64,000 bases of DNA from Thermoproteus sp. Lineage in GTDB: Archaea; Thermoproteota; Thermoprotei; Thermoproteales; Thermoproteaceae. This document shows, piece after piece, positions 29,433-40,034 of the stretch. Numbering within the stretch: position 1 is the first letter of the stretch; each line of letters starts with the position of its first letter. Made by a program: the position numbers and the translations under genes. The notes beneath the pieces were generated by a model. The model had not been told where the DNA came from and ran no database searches. It saw only the letters and a list, made by a program, of their open reading frames with translations. The stretch lies in NCBI GenBank assembly GCA_049976425.1, contig JBMFIG010000005.1, positions 1 through 64,000 on the forward strand, given 5' to 3'.

Positions 29433-29611
29433 AGCGCCTCTTTCACAGCTTGGCAGATATGGTCCGGAGAGACGCCGTCTTTCAACATCTGTATGACCAA
29501 CAAGCCTAACACCGTCGGGTAGTCCGAACGCAAGCCCACTGCCACGTACTCCTTGCCCGAGACAACCGCCTTCAGCTTGACCGAGCCGCCTGCGCTCTCC
29601 ACCGAGATCAT
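29420..29611 (-). CDS. Small hypothetical protein
   Basis: 63 aa with its own TATA (about 29632-37) and a natural beta-alpha composition. Confidence 0.6.
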   Translation of the reverse strand: MISVESAGGSVKLKAVVSGKEYVAVGLRSDYPTVLGLLVIQMLKDGVSPDHICQAVKEALQHL

Positions 29612-29658
29612 GGGGGCTGTCTGGAGCTAGCTATATAACAATTGGAGGGCGGAGGCCG

Positions 29659-30318
29659 CTAGATCGCAGAAATTATCGACAGCAACAACTGCACGGCGTC
29701 CTGCGCGTTGTCCGCTATGCGGTCCGCGCTATATATCAGCGATATTATATGGTTGAACTCCACTGCAGATAGGCTGAGCTTGTATACCTCGTCCAGTATG
29801 TATTCTTTCACCTCGTCCACCTCCTCCTCAAGCGTGCTGACCATCCTCGCATATCTGCTACAGAACTCCAAGTCCCTGGTCTTCTCAAGCATAGCGCCGA
29901 CGTACTCAATTATCGTCTTGTCGAGGTCCAGCATCTCCCTAAACTTGCCCTCAACTATCTTTCTAATATTATCGTTTTTCCATACGATATATCCCCGTCT
30001 TATTTCTTTTGATATATAATAAAGATTATCCAGTATATTATCTATTCTATCGAGCAATAACTCCGCGTTGCCTATGACGCTGGGGACCAAGGCCCCCTTG
30101 GATATGTTGTCGTCTAACCGCCTGATGATCTCGTCGCCTTCCCGCTCTATGGCGGCTATCTTCCTGACGACCTCGTCTAGATAGTCCTCGGTTAGATCGG
30201 GCTTAGCTATCACTTGCTGTATTAGCTCCAGGGCTTGAAGCGAATAGCCTACGTGCGCCTTCAAGCGATCTATCATGGCGTCCCATCCCGAGGTGAACCA
30301 ACGCCTTAGAATACTCAC
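29659..30318 (-). CDS. DUF47/PhoU-like phosphate transport regulator
   Basis: Repeated helical pattern IEREGD..IDNILD / LEEEVD..ADRIADNAQD. Confidence 0.8.
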   Translation of the reverse strand: MSILRRWFTSGWDAMIDRLKAHVGYSLQALELIQQVIAKPDLTEDYLDEVVRKIAAIEREGDEIIRRLDDNISKGALVPSVIGNAELLLDRIDNILDNLYYISKEIRRGYIVWKNDNIRKIVEGKFREMLDLDKTIIEYVGAMLEKTRDLEFCSRYARMVSTLEEEVDEVKEYILDEVYKLSLSAVEFNHIISLIYSADRIADNAQDAVQLLLSIISAI

Positions 30319-30386
30319 ATAGCCCGGTACAAAGCCGGTTAAAAAGTGTGGGGATAAGTTTCTATAGATGGTCGTGTCGATCTCTC

Positions 30387-31517
30387 GTGAAGGAGGCTGT
30401 CCTCTACAAGCCTCTGGCCGACGGCCGCGTGATCTGTACGGCGTGCGCCAGGTACTGCAAGATCCCTAAAGGCTATTGGGGTTTCTGCGGCGTTAGGTCC
30501 AACGTGGGGGGCAAGCTGTATCTATCGGTATACGGCCTCATCTCAGCTATAGCCGTCGATCCCATCGAGAAGAAGCCCCTCACGCATTTCTATCCAGGCG
30601 CCATGGTGCTTTCTCTGTCGACGTTCGGTTGTAACTGGGCTTGTCAATATTGCCAAAACTTCGACCTAAGCCAGAGGAGGAGGGTCGAGGGATTCGAAGT
30701 TGCGCCGGAGAAAGTGGTGGAGCTCGCCGAGACTTACGGGGCTCACGGGATCACCTATACCTACAACGAACCCACTATATTCATAGAATACGCGCACGAC
30801 ATAGGCGTGCTCGCGCGCAAGAGAGGCCTCTTCAACACGTTTGTCACAAACGGCTTCATGACGCCGGAGGCCGTTGAGTACGCCTCGGAGTTCTTGGACG
30901 CCGCCACGGTCGACTTTAAGGGCAACGGCAATAGAAAGTTCCTAGCCAGATTCTCCATGGTGCCCGACGTGGAGCCGATATACCAGACGTTGGAGGAGAT
31001 GAAGAGGAGGGGCATCTGGGTAGAGATAACGGATCTTGTCGTGCCCAAGTACGGCGACAGCTTGGAGGACGCAAGGAACATGGTGAGGCGCATAATCGAC
31101 ATACTGGGGCCCGAGGTACCGATACACTTCCTCCGCTTCCACCCCGACTACAGAATGTTGGACGTGCCCCCCACTCCGGTAGAGATCCTAGAGAGACATG
31201 TGGAGCTGGCGAAATCCGAGGGGATGAAGTACGTGTACGTGGGCAACGTGCCGGGGCACAAGTACGAGCACACCTACTGTCCGGAGTGCGGGAGGCCTGT
31301 CATCAAGAGGTACGGCTTCGATATAGTTGAGATCAACTTAGTGGAGCGGGGCGGAGAGTACCGGTGTAAGTTCTGCGGCGCCAAGATAAACATAGCGGGC
31401 AGGATCTTGCCTACGTGGAGGCTCGAGAGCCGCTTCGCCTACGTGCCCATAAACCTAGTGGCCAGATACGTGAAGCGGACCGACGCGCCGGCTCCCCAGA
31501 GCGGGCCTAATATTTAA
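30387..31517 (+). CDS. amrS: AmmeMemoRadiSam system radical SAM enzyme
   Basis: Motifs C..CARYC, GFCGVR, DPIEKKPL.HF.PG, GCNWACQYCQN, YTYNEPT and RFHPDY. Start set to GTG 30387. Confidence 0.88.
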   Translation: MKEAVLYKPLADGRVICTACARYCKIPKGYWGFCGVRSNVGGKLYLSVYGLISAIAVDPIEKKPLTHFYPGAMVLSLSTFGCNWACQYCQNFDLSQRRRVEGFEVAPEKVVELAETYGAHGITYTYNEPTIFIEYAHDIGVLARKRGLFNTFVTNGFMTPEAVEYASEFLDAATVDFKGNGNRKFLARFSMVPDVEPIYQTLEEMKRRGIWVEITDLVVPKYGDSLEDARNMVRRIIDILGPEVPIHFLRFHPDYRMLDVPPTPVEILERHVELAKSEGMKYVYVGNVPGHKYEHTYCPECGRPVIKRYGFDIVEINLVERGGEYRCKFCGAKINIAGRILPTWRLESRFAYVPINLVARYVKRTDAPAPQSGPNI

Positions 31518-31539
31518 AAGACGGCACTGAGATGGGGCC

Positions 31540-32154
31540 ATGTCTGAGGAGTACGGCATCGGCGCCACGGCTGTCGGCATAAGGGCCAAGGATGGCGTCG
31601 TCCTTGCGGCGGAGAAGCGCATAACTTACGGCTTCTACTCTCTAAGCTCGTCGGGCAAGAAAGTGTACGTAGTGAACGACAGGATGGCGTTGGCCTCCGC
31701 CGGAGTGATCGCCGATATGCAGACGATAGCGAAGATATTGAGAGTAAACGCCAAGATGTACGAGCTCGAGTCTAGGAGAAAGCCGAGCATCGCCGCCATG
31801 GCGAAACTGCTGTCGGTCATCATGTTCAACAGGAGGATCATGCCGTTTATAGCCGAGGTGTTGGTGGGGGGTTACGACGAGGAGGGTCCCCACGTCTTCG
31901 TCCTCGATCCCGTGGGTAGCTTGATAGAGGACGACTACGCGGCTCTGGGGACTGGGGCCAAGATGGCCATAAGCATCCTGGACGCCAACTACAGCAAGGA
32001 CGTCGATGTGTCTGGGGCCAGGAAACTGGCCATAAACGCAATAAGGGCCGCGTTGGAGAGAGATCCCGTCTCGGGCGGCGGGATAGATCTAGTGACGGTG
32101 ACCGCCAATGGCGTTAGCGAGGAGGAGATAAAGGTATCCACCATCGTAGGCTAA
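31540..32154 (+). CDS. psmB: Proteasome beta subunit (Thr1 position is Ala)
   Basis: Motifs [32 protein letters not shown] and [10 protein letters not shown]. Confidence 0.92.
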   Translation: MSEEYGIGATAVGIRAKDGVVLAAEKRITYGFYSLSSSGKKVYVVNDRMALASAGVIADMQTIAKILRVNAKMYELESRRKPSIAAMAKLLSVIMFNRRIMPFIAEVLVGGYDEEGPHVFVLDPVGSLIEDDYAALGTGAKMAISILDANYSKDVDVSGARKLAINAIRAALERDPVSGGGIDLVTVTANGVSEEEIKVSTIVG

Positions 32155-32816
32155 CAGCTGGCTTCGCCCCACTTGTCGAAGGCCGTAGTTACGGCTCTCC
32201 TCTTAAGTTCGTTGGCCTTATTGTGGGCCAAGAGTATTGGTAGCGGCATGGAGCTGTCTGCGCATAGCTCCTTCACGACCTTGACGGCGTCGTCCAAGGT
32301 GATCCTATTGCCTATCGAGACGTAGAGGGGCTTTCGGCACCTCACCACCGCGCCTATCACCTTCCCGTTGCGGGGATCGACCAGTCTATCGCCCACCACA
32401 TCTCCGAATAGTCTGGATTTCGCGACCCCTATGGTGGGCACCCCCAGAACAACCCCAAGATGCGCCGCTATCCCTAGACCGTATGGATGCGCTATCCCTT
32501 GCCCGTCCACCATAACCACGTCGTAGCCGATCGCCAACCTCCTCAGAGCTCTGACCATCGGCATGAGCTCTCTGAACGACAAGAGAGTCGGCACGTAGGG
32601 GAATACCACCCTATTTACGGAACAGCTGTAGCCCACAGCCCTGCCCTCGCGGACGGAGTATGCGGCGGCCACCGAGACGCCAAGATCCCCTCTATAGGCT
32701 ACGTCGAGCCCTACCACTACGTCGAACTCGCCAAGCGGCTCCTCTACGACCTTCTCGGCTAGCCTGCTTTGGACCCTCCTCGCTAGATCTATTCTAAACC
32801 CTTCTGGAACCTTCAC
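32151..32816 (-). CDS. nfi: Endonuclease V
   Basis: Motifs [32 protein letters not shown] and PLYVS. Confidence 0.94.
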   Translation of the reverse strand: MKVPEGFRIDLARRVQSRLAEKVVEEPLGEFDVVVGLDVAYRGDLGVSVAAAYSVREGRAVGYSCSVNRVVFPYVPTLLSFRELMPMVRALRRLAIGYDVVMVDGQGIAHPYGLGIAAHLGVVLGVPTIGVAKSRLFGDVVGDRLVDPRNGKVIGAVVRCRKPLYVSIGNRITLDDAVKVVKELCADSSMPLPILLAHNKANELKRRAVTTAFDKWGEASC

Positions 32817-33483
32817 AGAAAGTCTCCAGTATCTTATTTATTATCTTCGTGGTAGAGCATAGGTCGCACTCGTAAGGCTCCGCGCGCAGTATCTGAGCCT
32901 CTATGCCTCTACGCCTGAACTTCTCGGCGAGGGATCTCTCGTCGAACGGCTGGTTGGCGCCCAACAGAACGACGTCGGGCCTCTCCTCCTCGACCACCCT
33001 CAACATGTCGTCTTCATAGCCTATCCTCGCCTTATGCACGTAGTAGATGCTCGACACAACCCTAGCCCTATTCTCGGCAGGTACGGATATGCTACGGCCC
33101 TTTATCTTCGCCGCGTTCGTATCTCGGGAAACGACGGCGACAACGCGGCCGAGGCGCCAAGCCTGCTCCATATAGCTTATATGGCCGGGATGCAGTAGTT
33201 CGAAGGTCCCAGCTATCAAGACCTTCTTGTAGTTCTTCTCGATCTCGCTCGGCCTACTCCACACGAAGTCGGCGTAGCCCAGAAGCCTCAAGGCGTCGAG
33301 CAGCCCCTCTGCATATGACGCCGCGGCTACCGACGTGAACACATCGCCTCTGGAGAGATAGTATTTCGAATCCCTTAAATAAGCCTCGGCCAGCTCGACC
33401 ACCTCTCTGACCCTATCGTCGAGAACCTTGAGGGTTCCTAGAGCCCGCTCTAGATTCCTCACGTATATCTCCGCCCGCTCCAC
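32794..33483 (-). CDS. DUF357 domain fused to a cytidyltransferase (FAD synthase RibL-like)
   Basis: N-terminal LAEAYLRDSKYYL..GD...SYAEGLLDA; C-terminal AGTFELLHPGH and PDVVLLG..STTKI. Confidence 0.82.
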   Translation of the reverse strand: MERAEIYVRNLERALGTLKVLDDRVREVVELAEAYLRDSKYYLSRGDVFTSVAAASYAEGLLDALRLLGYADFVWSRPSEIEKNYKKVLIAGTFELLHPGHISYMEQAWRLGRVVAVVSRDTNAAKIKGRSISVPAENRARVVSSIYYVHKARIGYEDDMLRVVEEERPDVVLLGANQPFDERSLAEKFRRRGIEAQILRAEPYECDLCSTTKIINKILETFCEGSRRV

Positions 33484-33551
33484 AAGGCGAAGGCCCCAGC
33501 CTATTAAAAGCCTTTGGTCAAAACTTAAATATAGCGCGAATAGCCTGGTCG

Positions 33552-33746
33552 ATGGCCGAGGAGCTCCAGGAAGCGGCTAAATCCATAGTGACCGGCTTGA
33601 GGCAAGCTGAGGAGCTGATAAAGCAGGGCAAAAAGGAAGAGGCCAAGAAGCTCTACAAAGAGCTGAAGAGGCAGGCGCTTGAGAAGAAGCTCTATAGGGG
33701 TTTCGCCGGTCTTTTTAGGAAAGTCGAGAGGCTCATACGGGACTAA
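33552..33746 (+). CDS. Small basic helical hypothetical protein
   Basis: 64 aa; ATG about 22 nt after CTTAAATA. Confidence 0.7.
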   Translation: MAEELQEAAKSIVTGLRQAEELIKQGKKEEAKKLYKELKRQALEKKLYRGFAGLFRKVERLIRD

Positions 33747-34158
33747 CCTCGACGACGAAGAACTCGCGCCCATTGCACATGGCTACGCCGAGCACTTTTT
33801 CCACCAAGATCTTCTCGCCGGGTCTTAACGTGCTCTCGTCGGGGCAGTCCCGGCATCCCCTACACTCGCCCTCGTACGTCACGATGACGCCTTCAAGCGC
33901 CTTTTTCCTAGGCAGTAGAAGCCTAAGGGGGACCTCCTCGACGACTACCGGCGTCATCTCGCCGCCCGTGATCTTGCATCTCTGGCCCAACGACGGGCGT
34001 ACCTCGGTTATCACGTAGGATCTACCCGGTCTAAGCCTTCCCATGCAGACCTGATACAGCCTACAGCTGGAGCACTCGTCCGGTATCCTCACAACCCTAA
34101 ATCTATGGCCAACTTCGGCTTGCTCCTTGGATACCAGAGTAACCACGGTCCTTCCCAC
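33733..34158 (-). CDS. UPF0179 family protein
   Basis: Pattern VTLV...AEVG..F, C..C.L..VC, L.PG.SY.I.EVR. Confidence 0.8.
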   Translation of the reverse strand: MGRTVVTLVSKEQAEVGHRFRVVRIPDECSSCRLYQVCMGRLRPGRSYVITEVRPSLGQRCKITGGEMTPVVVEEVPLRLLLPRKKALEGVIVTYEGECRGCRDCPDESTLRPGEKILVEKVLGVAMCNGREFFVVEVSPV

Positions 34159-34257
34159 AAACAGCCGAGCTAGTATTCGCGATAAAATATTTGCGCCGAC
34201 TTAGCGCCGGGCGATCATGAGACGCTACGATAATTTTATTTGCGGATATATCTTCCG

Positions 34258-35193
34258 GTGTCCATTAGGTCTTTAGTAGAGGCATATAACGCCTTGGATA
34301 AACTCGATCTCCGAGTACTCAGACTGCTCGAGGTGGCGCACGCCAGGCGCGAGTATGTACCCTATAGATTGGTCGTGCGCTGGGCTGGGATAGACGAAGG
34401 GGCTGTTGGGCGATCGCTTTCTAAGTTGAATAGGCTAAAGCTGATTCAACGATTCAGAGGCCCCTACGAGGGCTTCCGTCTAACATTCGGCGCCTATGAC
34501 GTGTTGGCCCTACACACATTAAGGAAATCGGGCAAGCTAGTCAGCATATCTCCAACGCCTATAGGGGTCGGGAAGGAGTCCGTGGTCTATTCCGGGGAGA
34601 CTCCGAGCGGTGTCAAGGTGGCTGTGAAGTTCCACAGAACTGGGACCTCCTCGTTTATCAGAGCCAGGAAGGTGCGGGCCTTCTTGGGCAAGAGGAGGCA
34701 TTTGACCAAGCTGTACGAGGCTAGGCTTTCGGCCCATGCAGAGTTCGCGGCGCTCAGAGCCGTGTTCGACGGAGGCGGCCTCGTGCCGGAGCCCATCGCC
34801 GTAAATAGGCATGTGGTCGTGATGAGATATATCGAGGGCGTAGACGCGTATAAGGTCAGACCAAATGATGCTCCATCGATAGCTAGGGACGTCGTTAAGA
34901 CGGTAGAAGTGGCGTTGGAGAACGGCATAATCCACGGCGATCTATCGCCGTATAATATACTGATAGGCGATAGGGCATATATTATAGACTGGCCCCAGTG
35001 GATCCCGGCGTCTCACCCCAACTCGCTCGAGATTTTATCGAGGGACTTGACGCGTCTAGAGGAGTTCTTTTCGCAACTCAATATAACTATAGATAAAGAT
35101 AGATTATTTAATATTATATACAATCATAAATATAAAAATATAGATATTGAAGATATATATGAAAAAGTACTGAGGACATTTATAAGAATATGA
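34258..35193 (+). CDS. rio2: RIO2-family Ser/Thr kinase
   Basis: Winged-helix N-terminus, then IGVGKES.VY, VKFHR.G, IHGDLSPYNI and IIDWPQW. Confidence 0.9.
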   Translation: MSIRSLVEAYNALDKLDLRVLRLLEVAHARREYVPYRLVVRWAGIDEGAVGRSLSKLNRLKLIQRFRGPYEGFRLTFGAYDVLALHTLRKSGKLVSISPTPIGVGKESVVYSGETPSGVKVAVKFHRTGTSSFIRARKVRAFLGKRRHLTKLYEARLSAHAEFAALRAVFDGGGLVPEPIAVNRHVVVMRYIEGVDAYKVRPNDAPSIARDVVKTVEVALENGIIHGDLSPYNILIGDRAYIIDWPQWIPASHPNSLEILSRDLTRLEEFFSQLNITIDKDRLFNIIYNHKYKNIDIEDIYEKVLRTFIRI

Positions 35194-36950
35194 GAGTATT
35201 GGGGCTAGACATAAGCGGCAGAGATAAATTCGCTTACACTGTAGCGGAGGCTGGATCGACATTAGAACAAGGCACTGCCTCGGCTACCGAGCTACTCAAG
35301 GTCATAAAGAAGTACAAGCCCGAGGTGCTCGCGGTGGACAGCATATCGGAGCTGATGGAGCACGGAAAGATCGTCGTCAAGGCGTTGGGCAGGTTGCCCT
35401 TTAATGTGGAGGTCGTCGAGGTGACGCGGACCGAGGACAACACGAGTATTCCAATGGAGGTGTTGGTGGAGAAGTATTTCAAGGTATCCCGAAGCCATCT
35501 GGATCCGCTAGAGACGTCCCTCTTCGCGGCGTTGTTAGCCGAGAGAGGGCTTGGGGCGAGGATCAAGCTGTACGAGGAGGAGACCGTTATCCTGATAAAA
35601 CGCGTCTCCTCCACGAGCCCCGGCGGGATGAGCCGTAATAGGTATATGCGTAACGTTAAGCATAGGATAAGGGATCTGGCCGACCGCATATCCAGACGGC
35701 TCAACGAGGTCGGGCTCGACTACGACCTCTTCTTCAAGGAGGAGTCGGGCGATATAACATCTGCGAAGTTTGTGGTCTACGCCAGGAGGGATCTGGTCAG
35801 GAGGTATGTCAAGCCTCTCAAGAGCTCCGACGTGGTGATAAGGATCTTCTCAGAACCCGTAAAATCCTACGAGTCGGAGAGGGGCGATCAGTATCTGATA
35901 GTCGGGGTAGATCCCGGGATAGTGACGGGAATCGCCATAATGGACTTAGAGGGCAAAGTGCTTCATACGGAGGCCAGGAGGAATCTGTCGAGGGGCGAAT
36001 CGCTTAGGAGGATATATCAATGGGGGGTGCCCGTCATAATAGCCACCGACGTCTCCGACGTTCCTGAATACGTCAAGAAGCTGGCCGCTATGAGCGGCGC
36101 AGTTCTGTACAAGCCTGAAAAAGATCTTTCTGTGAGCGAGAAGAGCTCAATAGCCGAGAAGATAGGATATCCCGTCAAGACGAGTCATGAGAGGGACGCC
36201 CTGGCGGCCGCCTATAAGGCTTTTGCGGAGTATAGGACTAAGTTCGAGAGGCTTGAGAGGGATTTCGGGGCGATATTGACAAGGCGGCAACTCGCCGAGG
36301 CTAAAGCGCTTGTGGCGAGAGGTAAATCGATAGCACAAGCCGTCGCGGAGGTTTTGAAAGGAAATAAGGAGATGGGATATACAAAGGTTGTATATATACC
36401 GATAGAGAAACCCTGTAAAAATATAGATGAATATAATAAAATGATGATAAATGCATTAGAATATGAAAAAAATCAGCTTGAGAAGGAAATAGAGGAGCTT
36501 AGATCCAGAGTATCCTCGCTGTCTCGTGCCCTCAACGATTCGTTGTGGAGGGATGCTAAGTATAGAGAGCTACAGAGGCGTGTCGAGGATCTTTCTGTCT
36601 CCCTCAAGACTTGTATGGAAGAGAAGGAGAAGTTTGCGGAGGAGCTTATGGAAATTGTTTTGGGTTTGGTATCGGGCAGATACAAGCTGTATAGGGAAGA
36701 CGAGATATCTGAGTGTAGGAAAGCTGGCGGCATCCTCTGTAGCGACATCTCTACGGTAGAAGAGGCTGTAAATAACGGCGTACTCGGCGTCCCTGTAGGG
36801 CTTGTCACTAGGTATAGATCTAAAGGCTATTATATAATTGACGAATTTAAGAGACAGGAATTGACCGAGAGGATAAGAAAAGCATTAACCGAAAGGAGGA
36901 TAGATTTAAAGAAACTATTGGACGAATATAGAAGACGGTTGCCGGGCTAG
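35190..36950 (+). CDS. DUF460-family protein (RNase H-like domains plus coiled coil)
   Basis: Motifs PGGMS.NRY.R, IVGVDPGIVTG, PVIIATDV and HERDALAAA. Confidence 0.85.
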   Translation: MRVLGLDISGRDKFAYTVAEAGSTLEQGTASATELLKVIKKYKPEVLAVDSISELMEHGKIVVKALGRLPFNVEVVEVTRTEDNTSIPMEVLVEKYFKVSRSHLDPLETSLFAALLAERGLGARIKLYEEETVILIKRVSSTSPGGMSRNRYMRNVKHRIRDLADRISRRLNEVGLDYDLFFKEESGDITSAKFVVYARRDLVRRYVKPLKSSDVVIRIFSEPVKSYESERGDQYLIVGVDPGIVTGIAIMDLEGKVLHTEARRNLSRGESLRRIYQWGVPVIIATDVSDVPEYVKKLAAMSGAVLYKPEKDLSVSEKSSIAEKIGYPVKTSHERDALAAAYKAFAEYRTKFERLERDFGAILTRRQLAEAKALVARGKSIAQAVAEVLKGNKEMGYTKVVYIPIEKPCKNIDEYNKMMINALEYEKNQLEKEIEELRSRVSSLSRALNDSLWRDAKYRELQRRVEDLSVSLKTCMEEKEKFAEELMEIVLGLVSGRYKLYREDEISECRKAGGILCSDISTVEEAVNNGVLGVPVGLVTRYRSKGYYIIDEFKRQELTERIRKALTERRIDLKKLLDEYRRRLPG

Positions 36951-38158
36951 AAGAGTCTGACCTTGCCTTCCAGGACTAGTTGCGTTATCGACGTCACGCG
37001 GCTCAATTCCTCAGACGCGATTGCCTCCGCCTCCCTCTTCACCTCGCCCGTCAGCTCGCCGCCGTCGGTAATAATCTCGATGTTGAGTATTCTCGGCTCG
37101 GTTATGGGTTTCCCTATCTGGCTAACCACCTCAACAGAGACCTCTCTGACTCCCTTCACCTCAGCATATATCCGATCTGCCACCTTCTGGGCTAGTATGT
37201 TATATATCTTGCCCACGTGCGATACGGGATTCTTACCGGCGGCGGCTTCCATGGACATAACTCTCATGGGGGTTATGAGGCCGTTGGCCCTGTTGCCTCT
37301 GCCCGTCATGCCGTCATCGCCGTGCTCCGCGCTGGTGCCGGTAACTGTTAGATAGAATATGTTATACTCCGGCTTGTCCGCGGTGTTTACGTCCACCGAC
37401 ACGTTGTATCCAGGCGCTATCTTCGCCGCAAGGTCCTCGACATATCTCCTCACCTCTTCCTTGACCGATATATAGTGGTCTTTATCCTTCACAAGCTGGC
37501 TTATCATGGCGGCCGCGATAGTGAGCTTTATATCTCGGCCTATCCTTATGCCCATCACCTTGATATCCTCGCCGACCTCAGGCAACCTCGATTTAAGCTC
37601 CACGGAGTTCAAAGTGCGCTCGACCCTATATACCAAGTTCTCCAGCGGCGATAGAGGAGCGTAGCCTACGCCGATAGACGTATCGTTTGCAAGAGGTATC
37701 GACTTAGCCCCCAAGTCGTAGACCCCTGTAAGGTCGGCGGAGCCCTGCCCGATTCTGTAGTCTATTATTATATGTTTATCTGGATCCAGGTATCTGAAGT
37801 TCTCCCTAATCCATCTCCTAGCCGCCTCTAATACCAAAGGCCCGACAGGTATGCGCTCGACCTCGCCTCCCCGCCTAACCTCCACGGTGGCGCGTCCCGA
37901 GACGAGTATGTATATGGGCTGGATAACCTCTCCGCCTCCGAACACCGGCCTCGCCTGTCCTCCGACCACTAACGTCTTGTCGACGTTGTGGTGGAGTATT
38001 ACGCCGTACTTCTGTAGATAGTACCTAGATAAGTATAGGCTGACGTACTCCGAGATGCCGTCGGCGATGTAGTCCGGATGTCCCTGCCCCTTCCGCTCTA
38101 CGATCTCGACGTTCTGCTCCTCTACAGGTATCCTATTGGCTTTAGTTACCGTTATCAT
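36947..38158 (-). CDS. mat: Archaeal S-adenosylmethionine synthetase
   Basis: Motifs VERKGQGHPD, HHNVDK, ANDTS.GVG, GEDIKVMG, GRGNR.NGLI and AGKNPVSHVGKIY. Confidence 0.96.
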   Translation of the reverse strand: MITVTKANRIPVEEQNVEIVERKGQGHPDYIADGISEYVSLYLSRYYLQKYGVILHHNVDKTLVVGGQARPVFGGGEVIQPIYILVSGRATVEVRRGGEVERIPVGPLVLEAARRWIRENFRYLDPDKHIIIDYRIGQGSADLTGVYDLGAKSIPLANDTSIGVGYAPLSPLENLVYRVERTLNSVELKSRLPEVGEDIKVMGIRIGRDIKLTIAAAMISQLVKDKDHYISVKEEVRRYVEDLAAKIAPGYNVSVDVNTADKPEYNIFYLTVTGTSAEHGDDGMTGRGNRANGLITPMRVMSMEAAAGKNPVSHVGKIYNILAQKVADRIYAEVKGVREVSVEVVSQIGKPITEPRILNIEIITDGGELTGEVKREAEAIASEELSRVTSITQLVLEGKVRLF

Positions 38159-38415
38159 GCCGCCGCCTCCTCGCTGGAGATATAAATTATCTGGCTTCCT
38201 CTTATGAGGATTCTGCCGTATTTCATCTTCGTAGCGCCGTTCTTGTCGAGCTCCTCGGCCTCGTCGAGGACTAAATTCATACAGGAGTCGTATATGCTCA
38301 AGATCCCTCGCACGACCACATCGCCCTTAAGCCTAGCAACGACCACTTTGTTCACCATCTTCGAGAGCACCTTCAACGGCGAGGGCAGTTTCAACTGCTG
38401 GGCTTTGTTCGACAT
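38155..38415 (-). CDS. Sm-like (Lsm/SmAP) RNA-binding protein
   Basis: Sm1 motif (RLKG...G.L..YD.CMNLVL) and Sm2 motif (ILIRGSQI). Start is ATG at 38415. Confidence 0.9.
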   Translation of the reverse strand: MSNKAQQLKLPSPLKVLSKMVNKVVVARLKGDVVVRGILSIYDSCMNLVLDEAEELDKNGATKMKYGRILIRGSQIIYISSEEAAA

Positions 38416-38459
38416 TGCTAAGCCCCTCAAGCCCGTTAATAAAATTTTACGGGGATGTG

Positions 38460-38657
38460 TCAGCGGACCTCGAACTTGAGGACGTCGTCGATCCAATCGA
38501 CGTGGGCCAATAGAGTCCTGCGGCAACAATACCTAGCCACGCCCAACTCGTCAAGCACTTTGCCGGGGTCCTCGCCCGCCAGCACTCTCCGCTTGAAAGG
38601 CTCCCAGAGATGGCCCAGAGGCCTTCCGCAGGTGAAGCATCGAATTGGCGCCATCAT
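38460..38657 (-). CDS. rpoN: RNA polymerase subunit N (Rpo10)
   Basis: Motifs PIRCFTCG and RYCCRR. Confidence 0.96.
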   Translation of the reverse strand: MMAPIRCFTCGRPLGHLWEPFKRRVLAGEDPGKVLDELGVARYCCRRTLLAHVDWIDDVLKFEVR

Positions 38658-38661
38658 GGCC

Positions 38662-39111
38662 TTAACGATACGCCTTCTGCCTTTTGGAGCGCGCGTGTTT
38701 GAGGCCGGGCTTCTTGGGCTCTGTCCTCCTAGGATCGCCCTTAAGCATATATGGGTCGTATTGCATATATAGCTCCCTCAATTTCTGGTCCTCGAAATAT
38801 TTCACGAGCCCTCTTGCTATCGCCATTCTAGCCGCGACGGCTTGGCCCATATAGCCGCCGCCGTGGACCTCTACGTCTATGTCGACTTTGTTCACCAGAT
38901 CTCCGGCCAGCAATAGCGGCTCGACGATCTTCTGGCGCGCCATCTCGATAGGCCAGAGCTCCAAGGGATATCCGTTTATCCTGACACGGCCTATGCCGGG
39001 CCTTATCACGGCCTTAGCGATCGCGGTCTTCTTCCTCCCAACAGCGAGGACTACGCGCGGCGATTCTTGTGCTACGTAGGCGCCAGGGGCCCTAGTAGCG
39101 GCCTCCGTCAT
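38662..39111 (-). CDS. rps9: 30S ribosomal protein S9
   Basis: Motifs [15 protein letters not shown] and [16 protein letters not shown]. Confidence 0.97.
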   Translation of the reverse strand: MTEAATRAPGAYVAQESPRVVLAVGRKKTAIAKAVIRPGIGRVRINGYPLELWPIEMARQKIVEPLLLAGDLVNKVDIDVEVHGGGYMGQAVAARMAIARGLVKYFEDQKLRELYMQYDPYMLKGDPRRTEPKKPGLKHARSKRQKAYR

Positions 39112-39116
39112 GGCCC

Positions 39117-39647
39117 CTATTTAGCTATGGATTTTATCTTTTCCGACAACATCTGTGCTTCCTTCCACTTGTTCCAAGCCTTGGGATCTATAAGCCTCCA
39201 GAGCTCCTCTAACGTCACAGCCTTGTATAGAGGCTTAGGCCTTATCAGAGCCTCAGGGATATGATAGAGCTCCCCGCTTAGGCCAGGAGGCACCGACATG
39301 AATACCCTGAGTCTCTTCAACGCGTATCGCCCCTCTTTTTGTTTATACGGCAACATGCCCCGGACAATCCTCTTGAATATGCGATCCGGCCTCCTAGGTA
39401 TCTTAGGCCCCACTTTCTCCGGATTGTAGTGGGTCCTCCACAGAGATATCTTCCTCATGTACCAGTTCACCACCATCTTTCTACTGCCCAGTATGAGCGC
39501 CTTATCTATATTGACCACCACGACGTTCACGTTCCTATTGTCGCGAAGGATCTTGGCAACTGCCGAGGCCAGCCTCCCGACGACGTGATTTGTGGCGTCG
39601 ATTACGATAGTCCCCTTCTCTATCCGTTGAGGTAACGGCTTGCTCAT
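39117..39647 (-). CDS. rpl13: 50S ribosomal protein L13
   Basis: Motifs IDAT..VGRLAS and PDRIFKRIVRGMLP. Confidence 0.96.
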   Translation of the reverse strand: MSKPLPQRIEKGTIVIDATNHVVGRLASAVAKILRDNRNVNVVVVNIDKALILGSRKMVVNWYMRKISLWRTHYNPEKVGPKIPRRPDRIFKRIVRGMLPYKQKEGRYALKRLRVFMSVPPGLSGELYHIPEALIRPKPLYKAVTLEELWRLIDPKAWNKWKEAQMLSEKIKSIAK

Positions 39648-40012
39648 ATCACTATCTTGACGTTGGTGCCTTTCGGATTCTCCTTCACCAGATTCGGTAT
39701 AGGAACTAACCGGCCGCCGGATTTGACTACGGCCTCGGCGGCTGATCTAGAGGCGGCCAGAGCGGCCACCGTCACTCTCTTCTGCAATTTGCCGTTTCCC
39801 AACAACTTCCCCGGTATCACGACCACATCGCCGTCGTTGACAACCCTATTCAGCTTCCCCAGACCTACGGCCACCCTTTGTCTTCGCGGTCTGGCTAGCA
39901 AGTCGGCCACGTATGCCCAGATAGGTGCCTCGTTGGACTTAGCGGCTTTCCTAAGAAATCTGATCAACATCCTCAGCTGTATGTTAGTAGGGCCTGTGGG
40001 ATTAGGCGGCAC
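39644..40012 (-). CDS. rpl18e: 50S ribosomal protein L18e
   Basis: Motifs RPRRQR, VVIPGKLLGNG and NPKG.NVKI. Confidence 0.95.
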   Translation of the reverse strand: MPPNPTGPTNIQLRMLIRFLRKAAKSNEAPIWAYVADLLARPRRQRVAVGLGKLNRVVNDGDVVVIPGKLLGNGKLQKRVTVAALAASRSAAEAVVKSGGRLVPIPNLVKENPKGTNVKIVI

Positions 40013-40034
40013 GCCGCCTCTTCTCTAGCCGTAT

